Notes under the pieces: model-generated
The model's database searches: none
Seen by the model: the letters and a program-made list of their open reading frames with translations, nothing else
What the model was told of the DNA's origin: nothing
In this document: positions 24,800-37,793 of the stretch, piece after piece
Layout: every line of letters begins with the position of its first letter
Numbering within the stretch: position 1 is the stretch's first letter
Made by a program: the position numbers and the translations under genes
From: Octopus vulgaris
Taxonomy: Eukaryota
Reading direction: 5' to 3'
DNA length: 64,000 nucleotides
Assembly (NCBI GenBank): GCA_951406725.2
Contig: OX597823.1
Location: 41,788,001-41,852,000, forward strand

Positions 24800-24975
24800 T
24801 TTCTGAGCACTGTCATTCTCAAAGCATGTTTACGCTTTGGCCTTCCTGCAAGTAATGTTACACAGTTGACAGATAATGTTCAATGTATTTTCCTCCAACA
24901 CTGTCTTGCTGCCATAAACCATCACTCTTTTAATACATGATTTATATAATGTACTCTTAGTGGGAAAAAATAAAC
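24800..24975 (-). mobile_element. Decayed RTE LINE fragment
   Basis: TKSTLYKSCIKRVMVYGSKT resembles the RTE TK..LY..C...VLLYGSETW motif. Confidence 0.5.
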
Positions 24976-25164
24976 CATTATCATCATCATTATAACATCG
25001 CTTTTCCATACTTGCATGGGTCAGACAGAATTTGTTGAGGTATATTTTTCTATGTCCAGATGCCTTTCCTGTCATCAACTCTCACTTGTTTCCAAGGATG
25101 GTAATATTTCCTTGAGACAGGGCCTAATTTCACAGACAGTTGTAATGATGGTGAATCTTGTTTA

Positions 25165-25493
25165 CATTCTTTTAAGGTCGATAAAATAAGTACCAGCTGA
25201 GAACTGGGGGTCGATCTATTTGACTTAGCCTCCTCCACCAAAATTTCAGGCCTTGTGCCTTAAGTAGAAAGGATTATTATTATCATTATTATTATCGTTA
25301 ACATGCCGAGGGAAATGCTTAGCAGTATTTTGTGTCTCTTCATGTTCTGAGTTCAAATTCTGCCAAGGTGGAATTTGTCTTTCATCCTTTTGGGTTTGGT
25401 AAAATAAGTACCAGATGAGTACTGAAGCCAATGTAATCAACTTAACCTCTCCCCCAAATTTCAGGCCTTGTGCCTATAGTATAAAAAAATATC

Positions 25494-25536
<43 letters not shown>

Positions 25537-25676
25537 AACTCTGCTGAGGTCGACTTTGCCTTTCATCGTTTTGGAGGCAATAAATAAAGAACCAGTGCAA
25601 CACTGGGTTTGATGTAATTGACAACTCCCCTCCAACAGAATTTCAGGCTTTGTGCCTATAATAGAAAGCATTATTA

Positions 25677-25707
<31 letters not shown>

Positions 25708-26120
25708 GATTATTATTAAGGCAGTGTGCTATCAGAATTATGAGCATGTTGGACAAAATACTTAATGATTAGCATTTTACCCATCTATACATTCTGAGTT
25801 TAAATTCCGCTGAGGTCGACTTTACCTTTCATCCTTTTGTGGTCAATAATATAAGTACCAGTTGAATACTGGGGTCAATATAACTGACTTAACCTCTTCC
25901 CCAAACTTTTTGGACTTGTACCAAAATTTGAATCCATTATTATTATCATTATAGTGGCATGTCTGTCACTATATTCTGAGTACAAATTCTGCCAAGGTTG
26001 ACTTTGCCTTTCATCCTTTTGGGGTCGATAAATTAAGTACCAGTGAAACACTGGGGTTGATGTAATCAACTATCCCCACTCCCCTAAATTTCAAGCCTTG
26101 TACCTTTACTAGAAAGGATT
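25165..26120 (+). mobile_element. Head-to-tail chain of five family-B SINEs (some 5'-truncated) separated by (TTA)n
   Basis: Five repeats of the GATAAA..AAGTACCAG..CTGGGG..CAAATTTCAGGCCTTGTGCC block. Confidence 0.85.
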
Positions 26121-26750
26121 ATTATTATTATCATTATCATCATCACCCTCATACCATCATCACTATCAACATCATCAGCATCTTCTGTGATATATATCCT
26201 CATATACCCTGCTATACTCTTCTACCCTCTTTTCTATTGTAACATCCCTTCTGCCCAATAAGCTCTGCTACTTCTTCACTACCTTATAGTCATATGTACT
26301 TTTTCTTCTATTATTCCCTGTCCTATTTAAACACACTCCTACTACTACTACTACTACTATGATCTCATCCTGCCTTCTACCCTTCTACATTATTGCAACC
26401 TATTCTCTTACCTTAAGTTCCCTAATGCTTTACTACCTCATATTCCTTATTTCCTATTATTTATCTCTCTCACTTGACATTCATAAATCTGAAATTTATT
26501 CCACCCCAAACATAAATTCTGTGTTGTTGTTGTTGTTGTTGTCTTATTGTCTTTGTTTTTCTTTTTTCTTTTGTTTATTTTTTTTTTGGTTTCTATGCAA
26601 TGCCTTTTACAGATCTACATATAGATCAATGAATTCCATTATGGCAGCTATTCTAGAATGGAAAGTTAAATGAGGTCTTGATTGCATCTATTTGTAGGCT
26701 GCAACAAATTAAAACACTTCCTCAAGAGTACCAATATACATGTGTGTGTG

Positions 26751-26960
26751 AGTATGTATATATGTATATGTGAGTTACACTGTTTGCGTGTATGTGTGTA
26801 TGCTTGTGGCTGGGTATGTCTGTGTATTTGTATATGTATTTGCACGTGTTTTTGTGTGTGTGTGCATGTGTGGGAGTATGTATATATGTATATGTGAGTT
26901 ACACTGTTTGCGTGGTTGTATGTGTGCTTGTGGCTGGGTATGTCTGTGTATTCGCATATG
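26751..26960. repeat. ~123-nt-period duplication within a (TG/TA) field
   Basis: GTGAGTTACACTGTTTGCGTG...GCTTGTGGCTGGGTATGTCTGTGTATT occurs twice. Confidence 0.85.
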
Positions 26961-29938
26961 CTTTTGTATATGTGTGCATGTATGTGTGTTGATAAATATA
27001 GTAATAGTTTCATTTGTGCATGTACATATGTATATGTGTGCATATACATGTATATGTATATATGTGTGTGTCTAGGTATGTAAATATGTGTGTTCATGTA
27101 GAGAGAGAGATAGAGACACATGTACATATATATATATATATGCAATACATACATGTGTGTGTGTAGAGAGAGAGAGAAAGAGAGAGAGGAGAGAGAAGGA
27201 GAAGGAAAAAGATGGTTATGCATTTATATACACAATACATTTTGCTCTTGGTAAATTTGCTAACACTTTTTCACACACACACAAGCACAAACATAAATAT
27301 AAATAATTACAGATATTTGCATACATATGTATGCATGTGAACAAATATCATTTACAAACATGCATAAATTTGCATACATACATGTATATTCATACATGTG
27401 TGTGTGTGTGTTTGTGTGTATGTATGCATACATTCATACACATGTACATAAACACACATATAGGCACAGCTCTATATCCATGCATATGCAAAAACTGGCA
27501 TACCCCACACACACACACACAGATGCACATGCACCAATTGCCATGCAATTGTTAAGTGTAAAATGCTAGCATGGAATTTTAGTTATTAAGAATTTTGCAA
27601 AAATGCTTTGAGAATTTTTTCTTACCTCACTTAAAGTGGGTTAAATTTTCAATGAAGATTTTGTTAGAATCTTATTTTATAAAATTTTTGCATTATTTTT
27701 TTATGCATATGTTTTTGTTATGAAAATTAAATTAAATATTTTAATTTTGAGAATTCTATTGATTATGAACAGAATTCCAATTTGTTTGGTTTAGTGGAAG
27801 TAGAACTGGTTGCATTGAGGTTGTTTGATTTCAACCACATATAATATTAGTTTTGTGTTAGCACAGAGTACTTGTAGAAGAATATGATTAGCAGATTAAA
27901 TGTTTACTCCAGAGTGCCCAAGCCATCAAGTGGTTTAGGTTCCTTAGAGATAAAGCTACTTGTAGTATTGAAGTCAGTGCTAATAGTTGTATTATTTTGA
28001 TGAGCTGACAGAATCATTAGTATGTTTGACAAAATGCTTAGTGACATTTCTACTGACTTTATGTTCTGTGTTCAAATTCTGTTGAGATTGACTTTGCCTA
28101 TCACCCTTTTGAGATCAATAAAATAAGTATTAGTTGAATGTTTGAGTTGATGAAATCAATAACCCTCTCCTCTAAAATATCAGGCCTTGTGAGGTCCAGA
28201 TTAAGACCCATTGAGGCCCTGAGCACTCAAAAGATTTTGGTGCCCCCATAAAAGATTATGTAATTCAAAATATAAACTTCAATAAAGTATAAAATGATTT
28301 ATATTTTTCAAAATGAATCAAAATAGTAAGAGAGAAAGTAATGTTTATTTCTGTATAATACAAACATTATGGTTTCCTAGTTTCAATGGCATATGTGTTC
28401 CCCAGCTGGATGGAATGCCAGTCCATCACAGCGTTACTCACTTTTGCCAGCTGAGTGGACTGGAGCAACGTGAAATGAAGTGTTTTGCTCAAAAACACGT
28501 GTCGCCTGGTCCAGGAATTGAAACCATGATCTTACGATCATGATACTGACACCCTAACCACTAAGCCATGTGCCTTTACTTATTTCTGTATACTTCCACT
28601 TTATTTATATTTGAGTTGACAAAATTATTTAGCATTTTAGACAAAACGCTTAGAGGCATTTCATCCATCTTTACACTCTGAATTCAAATTACACTGTGAT
28701 CAACTTTACCGTTCATCCTTTTGGACTCAATTAAATAAGTACCAGTTGAGCACTGACATCGATCTAATTGACTAGACCCCCCAAAAAAAAATTCCAGGCC
28801 TATGTTGTACAAGGTGCTGTGCCTATATAGTGCCTGTATAGTGCAATATAGAAAATCAGTGAAGTAGCAGAAACATTTGAACTTTGTGATATTTCTTTTC
28901 ACTAATTCCACCAAGACCATCTTTGCCTTTCATTCCTTCTGGATCAAGCAATCATGTATTGTGTTGTATTTAAAAACTTGTAACTCTTAATTCATAGATT
29001 GAATAGGAGGGTTGGTTGCCTTATTGATTAGATTGATTGATTGATTGATTGATTGATTGCATTGCATTGTAGTTCTGAGGTATTGGTCTGATGATAATGG
29101 TGTTGGTGTTGGTGATATTATTATGATTAGCAATGGATTCTTTGTGGGGGGTTTTTGTATTATAGTAAATATAATGCATATATCAACTGGAAACACGAAG
29201 GTAGAGTTAAGAGGATGGGAACTCATGTTCTCAGCTTAGAAAAGAAAGCACTTTTACCATGAAATGAATAGTACTATCATCTCTACCATCTTCTCAAACC
29301 TCCAGTTCATAACTGCAACATTAATATTCCACAATCAAAAATGAAAACTATAAAAGTAAAGTCATGGCCAGTTCCAATGACACATTAAAGGCATCTGTGC
29401 TGGTGACATGTAAAAGGCACTCAGTACACTCTGTAGAGTGGTTGGCAGTAGGAAAGGCATTGAGCTGTAGAAACCAAATCCACACACTGGAGCCTGGTGC
29501 AGCTCTCCAACTTACCACCTCCTGTGAAACCATCTAATCTATACCAGCATGGAAAAAGGGGTATTAAATGATGATGATAATGATACATACATAGATGTGT
29601 ATCATCATAGATATGTGTTATAGATACGTGTATGCATGGGATGAGTGCACATGGTCAGTCATGAGATTGTGGTTTTGATTCCCTGACCAGGCTATGTCTT
29701 GTATTCTTGAGCAAAAACACTTTGTCCTATGTTGCTCTGCAATAGTTTCAACACTGGACATTGTGGCACACTTGTGCACCTGTACAGGTGATGTTGATTT
29801 GATGGAAGGAGTAAGTTAATTTAAAGTAAAAATTTGATTACTATTAATATAAACAAATCATCTGTGCAGGTTCTCAGCATGAAATTGTGGAACTATCAGC
29901 TGTCATCTAGGATTGGAGAGTCCATAATACATATATAC

Positions 29939-29982
<44 letters not shown>

Positions 29983-29985
<3 letters not shown>

Positions 29986-30181
29986 GGTCCCGGGTTGATT
30001 CGGGGTTAACCACAGTAAGTAAGGTACTCAATACATAGCAGAGTAAAATTAATTTATTATATAGAAGGAGCTTCTACAGGACTAGTACTGTTTCATTCAA
30101 GAGAAATCTTCAGGAAGCTCAGAAGATTTCTCTTGAATGAAACAGTACTAGTCCTGTAGAAACTCCTTCTATATAATAAAT
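29983..30181 (-). mobile_element. Fold-back insertion in (TA)n carrying a hammerhead (Penelope-like remnant)
   Basis: ~61-bp arms 30051-30111 / 30122-30181 with one mismatch, 10-nt loop, unpaired ~68-nt leader; (TA)n on both sides. Confidence 0.8.
30068..30120 (-). ncRNA. Type I hammerhead ribozyme motif
   Basis: GAGCTTC-CTGAAGA-TTTC TCTT GAAT-GAAA CAG TACTAGTC CTG TA-GAAGCTC: perfect 7-bp stem I, intact core, 4-bp stem III, GUA triplet; stem II weak (U-U at 10.1/11.1). Confidence 0.75.
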
Positions 30182-30206
30182 ATATATATATATATATATA
30201 TTTATA

Positions 30207-30481
30207 TAGACAGAAACTGAAAGAACCCATCGTATATATGTATATATATATATGTGTATGCGTGTGTGTGTTTGTGTGTCTGTGTTTGTCCCCTAGCATT
30301 GCTTGACAACCGATGCTGGTGTGTTTATGTCCCCGTCACTTAGCGGTTCGGCAAAAGAGACCGATAGAATAAGTACTGGGCTTACAAAAGAATAAGTCCC
30401 GGGGTCGAGTTGCTCGATTAAAGGCGGTGCTCTAGCATGGCCGCAATCAAATGACTGAAACAAGTAAAAGAGTAAAAGAGT
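30207..30481 (+). mobile_element. SINE family A 3' half, young (CpG-rich)
   Basis: Near-identical to the reverse complement of 6945-7215; ends (GTAAAAGA)n. Confidence 0.9.
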
Positions 30482-30511
30482 ATATACATACATACATACA
30501 TACACACACAC

Positions 30512-30567
<56 letters not shown>

Positions 30568-31231
30568 ACGTGTGTGTGTGTGTGCGTATGTCTGAGCATT
30601 CATAGCAAGTTTTTAAAATTATGAGTATCTGCAACTGTGTGTATGTAAATGCATGTATATGTGTATGTGCCTAGATGCATGTGGGAAATAGGATTGTGAT
30701 TATGCTTATATGTCTATGTATGTATATACACATACATACATATATGTATATATATATATATATATACTAAGGCTCTATCTTCATTAGTCTATATATCTAT
30801 CAGCGTATACATGCCTATGTATACATATGTACATGTATGTAGTCATTTTCTCTAATGAAGCAGAGAAAAAAATGTTTGTACCAAAGAGGGTCAATGTATA
30901 GACATACATTCTGTAACAGCAATATTTACCAATATTCCAAAGCTGTACATTTGTGTCATAAATCAATGAATTGTAAAATCAAAAAATATATATATATACA
31001 TAAACATAAATAGACATAGTGATTTGGTAAAATAGGGCAGAATGTAATCATGCAAAATTGTATGCTTTGTGTGTCTGGGTGTTGAAATGTGTGTGTATGT
31101 GTATCTTTGTGTGTGTGTGTGTGCCGAGGGAGTGCAGTAATATATAGAAAAGTAAATACAAGGTCATCCAACTGTAGAAGAGATAAAAATCCTGTCAATA
31201 ACGACTGATATTTGTAGCCAACACACACAAG

Positions 31232-31301
<70 letters not shown>

Positions 31302-31541
31302 CTAGCTTCAGGCATTTGCAATTTCAGAAATGTTGGTGCAAAATCTACTGTAATTATTATTTTTTAGCATCTGTATATGTGTGAGCATAAATGTTTTCAT
31401 ATGTAGACAAATATGAGCAGTTATTGTTCTTCCTTTGCATATGGTGGCTGCTTCATAATTACGTTGGTGATTATAATAAGAGGTAACAATGATAGAGTTA
31501 TTGTTAATGAGAAAGCTGGTGGCTTGGATGAAAGAATAATA

Positions 31542-31581
<40 letters not shown>

Positions 31582-31955
31582 GAAAGTTATTAAAACAATT
31601 GTGCTAAAATATAGTGGCAGTGATGGTGGTGATGAAGATAATGATATTGATGATGGTGGTGGTGATAGTGGTTTTCATAATGATAATAATAATAATGATG
31701 ATGATGATGATGATTTCATATTTTGGGTACGAGTCCGGCAGTTTTGTGGGAGGGAGTATGTCAAATACATTGACACCCCACCCCAGTGTACAACTGGTAC
31801 TTCTTTTATTAACCCTGAAAGAATGAAAGGCAATGTTCACCATGGCAGAATTTGAACTCCGAATGTTTAGGCAGATGGAATGCTGCTAAGCAATACTCCT
31901 GGTGAGGTAACAATTCTACCAGCATGCTACCTTGATAATGATAATAATAATAATA

Positions 31956-31991
<36 letters not shown>

Positions 31992-32314
31992 CTTGTTGTA
32001 TACAATGCTCCTGTGCACTACAGTTCATTAGAAAATATCAAAAGAAAGGAAAGAAAGCAGTCATAAGCCAAGAAAGAAAGATAGCTATGAATGCTAGAAG
32101 TATGCAAAAAACACAGGAAAGTGAACAGTAAAAGAGCTAAAAATGGAGGAAGGAGAGTATATGTTCATTAAGGGTGGTGTTGGCATTGAACATGAGTTTA
32201 ATATCAATTCTGCATCAGTCCTGACATTGATTTGGATTAAACAACTCCATTGCTTCATTAAAGGCAAAGGGTCGGTTTCCTGGTTTCATGACATATATAT
32301 ATATATATATACCT

Positions 32315-32540
32315 ATTTCTTTACAAGGGGCTAAATACAGAGAGGACAAACAAGGACAGACAAACGGATTAAGTCGATTACATTAATCCCAGTGTGTAAA
32401 TGGTACTTAATTTATCGACCCCGAAAGGATGAAAGGCAAAGTCGACCTCGGTGGAATTTGAACTCAGAATGTAACGGTAGACGAAATACGGCTACGCATT
32501 TCGCCCGGCATGCTAATGTCTCTGTCAGCTTGCTGCCTTC
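32315..32540 (-). mobile_element. Young family-B SINE with an alternative tail
   Basis: CpG-rich B head and core, but tail ...TTGTCTGTCCTTGTTTGTCCTCTCTGTATTTAGCCCCTTG..AAGAAATAGG; lies in (TA)n rather than (TTA)n. Confidence 0.85.
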
Positions 32541-33597
32541 ATGGCATATATATACCTCACCTGGATGGGATACTGGTCTGTCACAGCATTACTCATTTTG
32601 CCAGCTGGAGCAACATGAAATGAAGCATTTTGCTCAAGAACACAACACGTTACTTGGTCTAGGAATTGAAACCACAATCTTACAATCAAGAGTCCAACAT
32701 CCTAACTACTATACTAAGCCACATACCTCCCCCATTGTTTCAATGTGATTTATGCAATGTTTTGAAGTGATTTACTGAATGTTTTTGCCGTCTGTATTAC
32801 AAGGATTTAGTGACTACTCTTTGGAGAAGATGTACCCAATCTTCTTCCACAATGAGGGGTATTGGGAGATATGTGGCTTAGTGGTTAGGATGCTTGGCTC
32901 ATGACCATAAGGTCATGAGTTTGATTCCTGGACCAGATGGTGTTTTGTGTCCTTGAGCCAGGAACTTGATTTCATTATTTTGCTTAGTCTTCCTACTTAG
33001 TTCAAAATAAGGACCAGCTAACTACCAATGTATCCCCTCTCTCTTTTCTGCTGTCACAACCTCAATGTACTTCTGGGTCATCATCATCACCATCAACAAC
33101 TCCTCTACAGCCACTAGTGCTATCACCACTTCAGCCACCACCATCACCATCCCTGTTGTTGCCATCATCATCATCATCAAACTCTTCATCAACACCACTG
33201 CCATCATTGTAGTTGCCATTTTCCTCATCATAGTCTTCATAATCATCAATATCACCACCTCCAACACTATGTCCCCATCATCATCATCATCATTATCAAC
33301 ACCCCCACAGCCTGTCACCAACACCATCATCATCATCATCATCGTTGTCATCATGGTACTGTTGATTTCCTTACTGTTTAAGGAATATTTCGGAAAAAGA
33401 TTTAAAAGAAAAAGAGAGTACCATGAAAGGACATCCTACATACATATACAAGCTCTCAATCAACAACCAGATATCTATTTTATGTGTTCAGCTCATCAGC
33501 CAAACCTCCCTGAGACTATTAAACACATAGATGTAAAGACAATTTGTTTAACTGCATCTGATATGACAAGCTGTTCAACAAGATAGCAGTGGCTTAC

Positions 33598-33705
33598 CGT
33601 GCATTGAGCAACAACAGTAGAGATGGGTAGAATGTGTCCATAAATTATGTCATTGGAATTGTGTTCACACCATGCAATATTTTGAGTTCTAGTGAGAAAT
33701 CTCGT
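33598..33705 (-). CDS. Candidate internal exon (TRFLTRTQNIAWCEHNSNDIIYGHILPISTVVAQCT), unknown protein
   Basis: ttgctttcatgattcatAG|108 nt open, phase 0-0|GTaagc; unique sequence; phase-compatible with 36723-36835. Confidence 0.3.
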
Positions 33706-34115
33706 CTATGAATCATGAAAGCAATTTTGAAACTCTTTCTTCATAGGTCATGTTTGTGCTCCATTGAAGAGAATGCTCTGTATGAATGTTTTGAAGGAGG
33801 CAAGCTTTGTTGTTTTTTTTTGTTTTTTTAAATACATATGGCAATAAATGTTTTCTGAAACAAGTGTTGGGTTTGACATGATTGGTGAAAAATCGTGATA
33901 AGTGATGTCCCAGAATGGATGTTGACCACTGACAGAAGACAGGAAAAACAAAATGAAAATTAAAAAGTTAACAATTTGCATTTTCTCAACTCTGCAAGAA
34001 TCTCAGACCTGATATAGAAAAAACCAAATTCTATAAAAGATTTAGTTTAGCCTTCTTGACTATCTCCTCAGCTATTGTCTGGCAATAAGAATATTAAGAA
34101 CAACAACAATAAAAG

Positions 34116-34158
<43 letters not shown>

Positions 34159-34171
34159 AAAGGATTATAAT

Positions 34172-34565
34172 GATTTCAAGTTTGGGCTCGAGGCCAGCAG
34201 TTTCAGGGAAGGGGATAAGTTGATTACATCAACCCCAGTGCCAAACTGTACTTATTTTATTGACCTCGAAAGGCAAAGTTGACCTCAGCAGAATTAGACC
34301 TCAGAATATAAAGATGAGCAGAATATCATTAAACATTGATGATGATCATCATCATCATTTCTAGTCTAGGCACAAGGCCTGAAATTTTGGGAGATGGGGG
34401 CTAGTTGATTACATTGACCCCAGTGCATAACTTGTACTTATTTCATTGACCTTGAATTGATAAGCTGACCTCAATAGGATTAGAGCTCAGGACATGAAGA
34501 TGGATGAAATACCACTAAAAATTTTGCCCAGTGTGCTAATGATTCCTACCAGGCCCACTACCTTG
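34172..34565 (-). mobile_element. Two tandem family-B SINEs
   Basis: Family-B motifs flanked by (AAT)n/(GAT)n. Confidence 0.8.
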
Positions 34566-35104
34566 ATGATGATGATGATGATGATGGTGATGATAATAAT
34601 ACAGACAATGATAATATTACTAACCTGTTTTGGGTTTTATTAGAGTGTGGTGTGTAGTGAAAAGCAATTGATTTCCCCCTGTCATTGGTGTTTATTTTCT
34701 AAATTCTGATAAAGCAGTCAGCTTCAATGAGATTTGCAATCAGAACTATAAGAGTTGTTGACTTTCTCCCTATTTCTAAGCCAACTTGTCCACATTATCT
34801 AGTCAGACACAAACAGTCTGTGTAGTATCCAGTCAATATTTGTATTGTTTATCTATCCTAGTCAACATGAACAATAGCAATGATGATGGTCGTGATGAAG
34901 TGTTATAAAAAGAGAAAATGAAGGATATGAAGAGAATTGGAGTAGAAGGAAGAGGAGTCATAAACATGATAAATATTTTTTTTTTATAAATTTAGAAAAA
35001 AAAGAAAGAAATGAAATAAAATAAGGATATAAAACTAAAGACAAAGAAAGAAGATAAGAACAACAGCAGTAGCAAAACACGGTTTATAAGAAGATTATAA
35101 CAAA

Positions 35105-35141
<37 letters not shown>

Positions 35142-35655
35142 GCAACGATGATGATGAGAAAAGAAAGCGATGGAGATGGGGGCAAAAAGTAAAGAAAGAG
35201 AAGATTACCAACAGCAAACATTTTGCTACATGAGAGAAGCTACTAGAGACAATTTGAAGTGATTTTCACGAAATGCTTCATATTTCCAGTTGCCTGGTTC
35301 TTGTCTACAGTTTGTTTCAAAATATCTTGGAAAAATAAAGAAAACATACCGACATACACACACACACACACATGTCCATATGTATATGTGTGTGTGTATT
35401 TTTACATATATAAGTATATATATATATGTATGTATGAATGTGTATGTCTGTATTGTCAAACAAACAATGGAGGTGTATTAAATTTTATAGAAATGTATCT
35501 GTTGATAGAGGAAGATGTAAATAAACTTTATTTACATTCCTGCGATGAATTTATATATATTTAGATGTATGAATGAGGACACATATTTATATACACACTC
35601 AGATATGCTCCAACTTCAAATGACAATTATCTGCTAATATCATTATGAATAAAAG

Positions 35656-35694
<39 letters not shown>

Positions 35695-35698
<4 letters not shown>

Positions 35699-36070
35699 AA
35701 ATCTATTCTGTTTGTCTGTCTGTGTGTGTGTCTTCTAGGATATCGGGCATCCTCCATCCAATTGTGCTCAAATTTGATATGGAGATACCGACGATATCAG
35801 GACGTGTATAAGTCTTGAAAAAATTACCAAAATCGATTCTAGGTGATAAAGCCGTGGAAACGTGCATTTGTATGAGCAAGTACATTAGCTATTGCGATCG
35901 ATACTATGCGTACATGAGAAAAATGCATGTGCAGTTTAAACAAAAAAAGCCGGCTGGCTTGAAATAATGCCACAAAATGGGACGGTTGGACAAGTTGTTT
36001 TGAGAAAATTTGGTTTGAATGTTTGACAACTCAGCACCATCCATTGGATGGGGGGAGGCGTTTTGCTCGT
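35695..36070 (+). mobile_element. Probable non-autonomous Helitron
   Basis: 5' TATATAAAAT..TGTTTGTCTGTCTGTG..CCAATTGTGCTCAAATTTG, as in short Helitrons; 3' hairpin CCATCCA-T-TGGATGG about 13 nt before CTCGT (CTAG-like); no TIR or TSD; CpG-rich. Confidence 0.55.
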
Positions 36071-36089
36071 ATATATATATATATAATTA

Positions 36090-36590
36090 TTATTTGAGGG
36101 AATAAAATCCAAACTTACAAGGAAAAAGAATTCAATTTAGAAATACTAAATCAAATTCCACACAATATAATATATATAAAATATTAGAAAAAAACCACCT
36201 TTTATCAATTCAAAGTGAATAATTAAATTACACCATCTAGAAAATTACATATAATAGAAAAGTTAAAATTAAAATAACAATTAAAAAGTAAAGATTAAGT
36301 AAATTACAAGAATAATGTAATGTATATAATAGGTATATTATATATTATATATATTATATATTATATACCTATTCTTATACATTACATTATTCTTGTAGTT
36401 TACTTAGTCTTTACTTTTTAATTGATTGATTGATTCTAGTTTCAGCTCATGAGCTGTGGCCATGCTGGGGCACCGCCATTATTTTAATTTTAACTTTTCT
36501 ATTATATGTAATTTTCTAGATGGTGTAATTTAATTATTCACTTTGAATTGATAAAAGGTAGTTTTTTTCTACTATTTTATATATGTATAT
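36090..36590. repeat. Large AT-rich palindrome (~175-bp arms) with unpaired leader
   Basis: 36170-36345 is the reverse complement of 36355-36585 except for a 54-nt insert at 36425-36478. Confidence 0.9.
36425..36478 (-). mobile_element. Solo 54-nt retroposon tail module with (TCAA)n end
   Basis: TGGCGGTGCCCCAGCATGGCCACAGCTCATGAGCTGAAACTAGAATCAATCAAT; absent from the other palindrome arm. Confidence 0.8.
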
Positions 36591-36722
36591 ATATATATAT
36601 ATTTATATATGCACACATATACATACACATGTATATTTGTACATCTTACATCTATTTTTACATGTTATCATGGATGTGACATTGTTTTACTGCCGGATAG
36701 CTTTCCTGTCATTTACCCCTAC

Positions 36723-36835
36723 CTGTTTGTCAGGCAAGGGACCTTTCCATATCTTCAGATGTTCTGTACCACTCGACAAATTGTTGGCAGGAGTACTGAC
36801 AACATCACCAGATATCTGCACATTTTTAGCCAACA
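36723..36835 (-). CDS. Candidate internal exon (xLAKNVQISGDVVSTPANNLSSGTEHLKIWKGPLPDKQ), unknown protein
   Basis: ttgttgtcatttacAG|113 nt open, phase 1-0|GTaggg; GC-richer unique island. Confidence 0.3.
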
Positions 36836-37754
36836 CTGTAAATGACAACAAATGTGAACATTATGTCTATGTACACAATATGTTCATAGACAGGAAAAGA
36901 AGTAACAACTGTATATGCTGCACATTTCAACTCTGCTTAGAGTTGCATTAACAAGTGTATATCAACAGGTATATAAGCAATGTGTTTCATGGATTGTTAA
37001 AGAAAGCATTCATTTACTGGCAAAACTCCAAAGAGAGTTGAAATGTGCATTGTATATACTTGTTCCATATTTTTCTGTCTGTTAGTATACTCTGTGATAC
37101 AGGTGAGAGAACCAGAGGAACAGGGGCTTCCAGATTGCATAGAAGTCTGTCAGTGTGAATCAGTATGAATCACAAAGTCATTGGATAAATGGGTGTACGT
37201 GTGTGAACATGCATGTGTGTAGACACACGTGTGTGTGTGTATGTATTGGTGCTGATGACATGTAAAAAGGCATCCAGCCATAAAAACCATACCAAAACAG
37301 ACCTCACCAGTGCCATCTAATAATCACTCAGTCCACTTTGTAAAGTGGTTGGCATTAGGAAGGGCAACCATGTGAAAACAAGCAATGAAGCTTGGTGCAG
37401 TTTTATGCCCAGCCAGTTCCTGTCAAACCACTCAACCCTCGCCAGCAGGGAAAACAGATGTTAAATGATGACAAGAATGGGTTTGATAAACATACACAAA
37501 CACATATACGTGTGTTTATTACTGTCTCCTTGTCTTGACATTGCATGACAGATACAAATAAGTCTCATTGTCGTATAAATGGTGTCCTCCATTTCCAGTC
37601 TTCCATGGAAGCATGTCCAGCCATGGGGAAAGATTACATTACTAAGAAACAGGTCAGGGTTGATGACAGAAAGAGCATCTAGCTATAGAATACGTGCCGG
37701 GACAAATTTCATCCAACCCATGCAACCATGGCAAAGTGGACACTAAAGTGATGA

Positions 37755-37793
<39 letters not shown>

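Noticed and set aside
33065-33586. 173-aa hydrophobic ORF suggesting a membrane protein
   Set aside because: Derived from a degenerate (CAT/CAC)n trinucleotide field.
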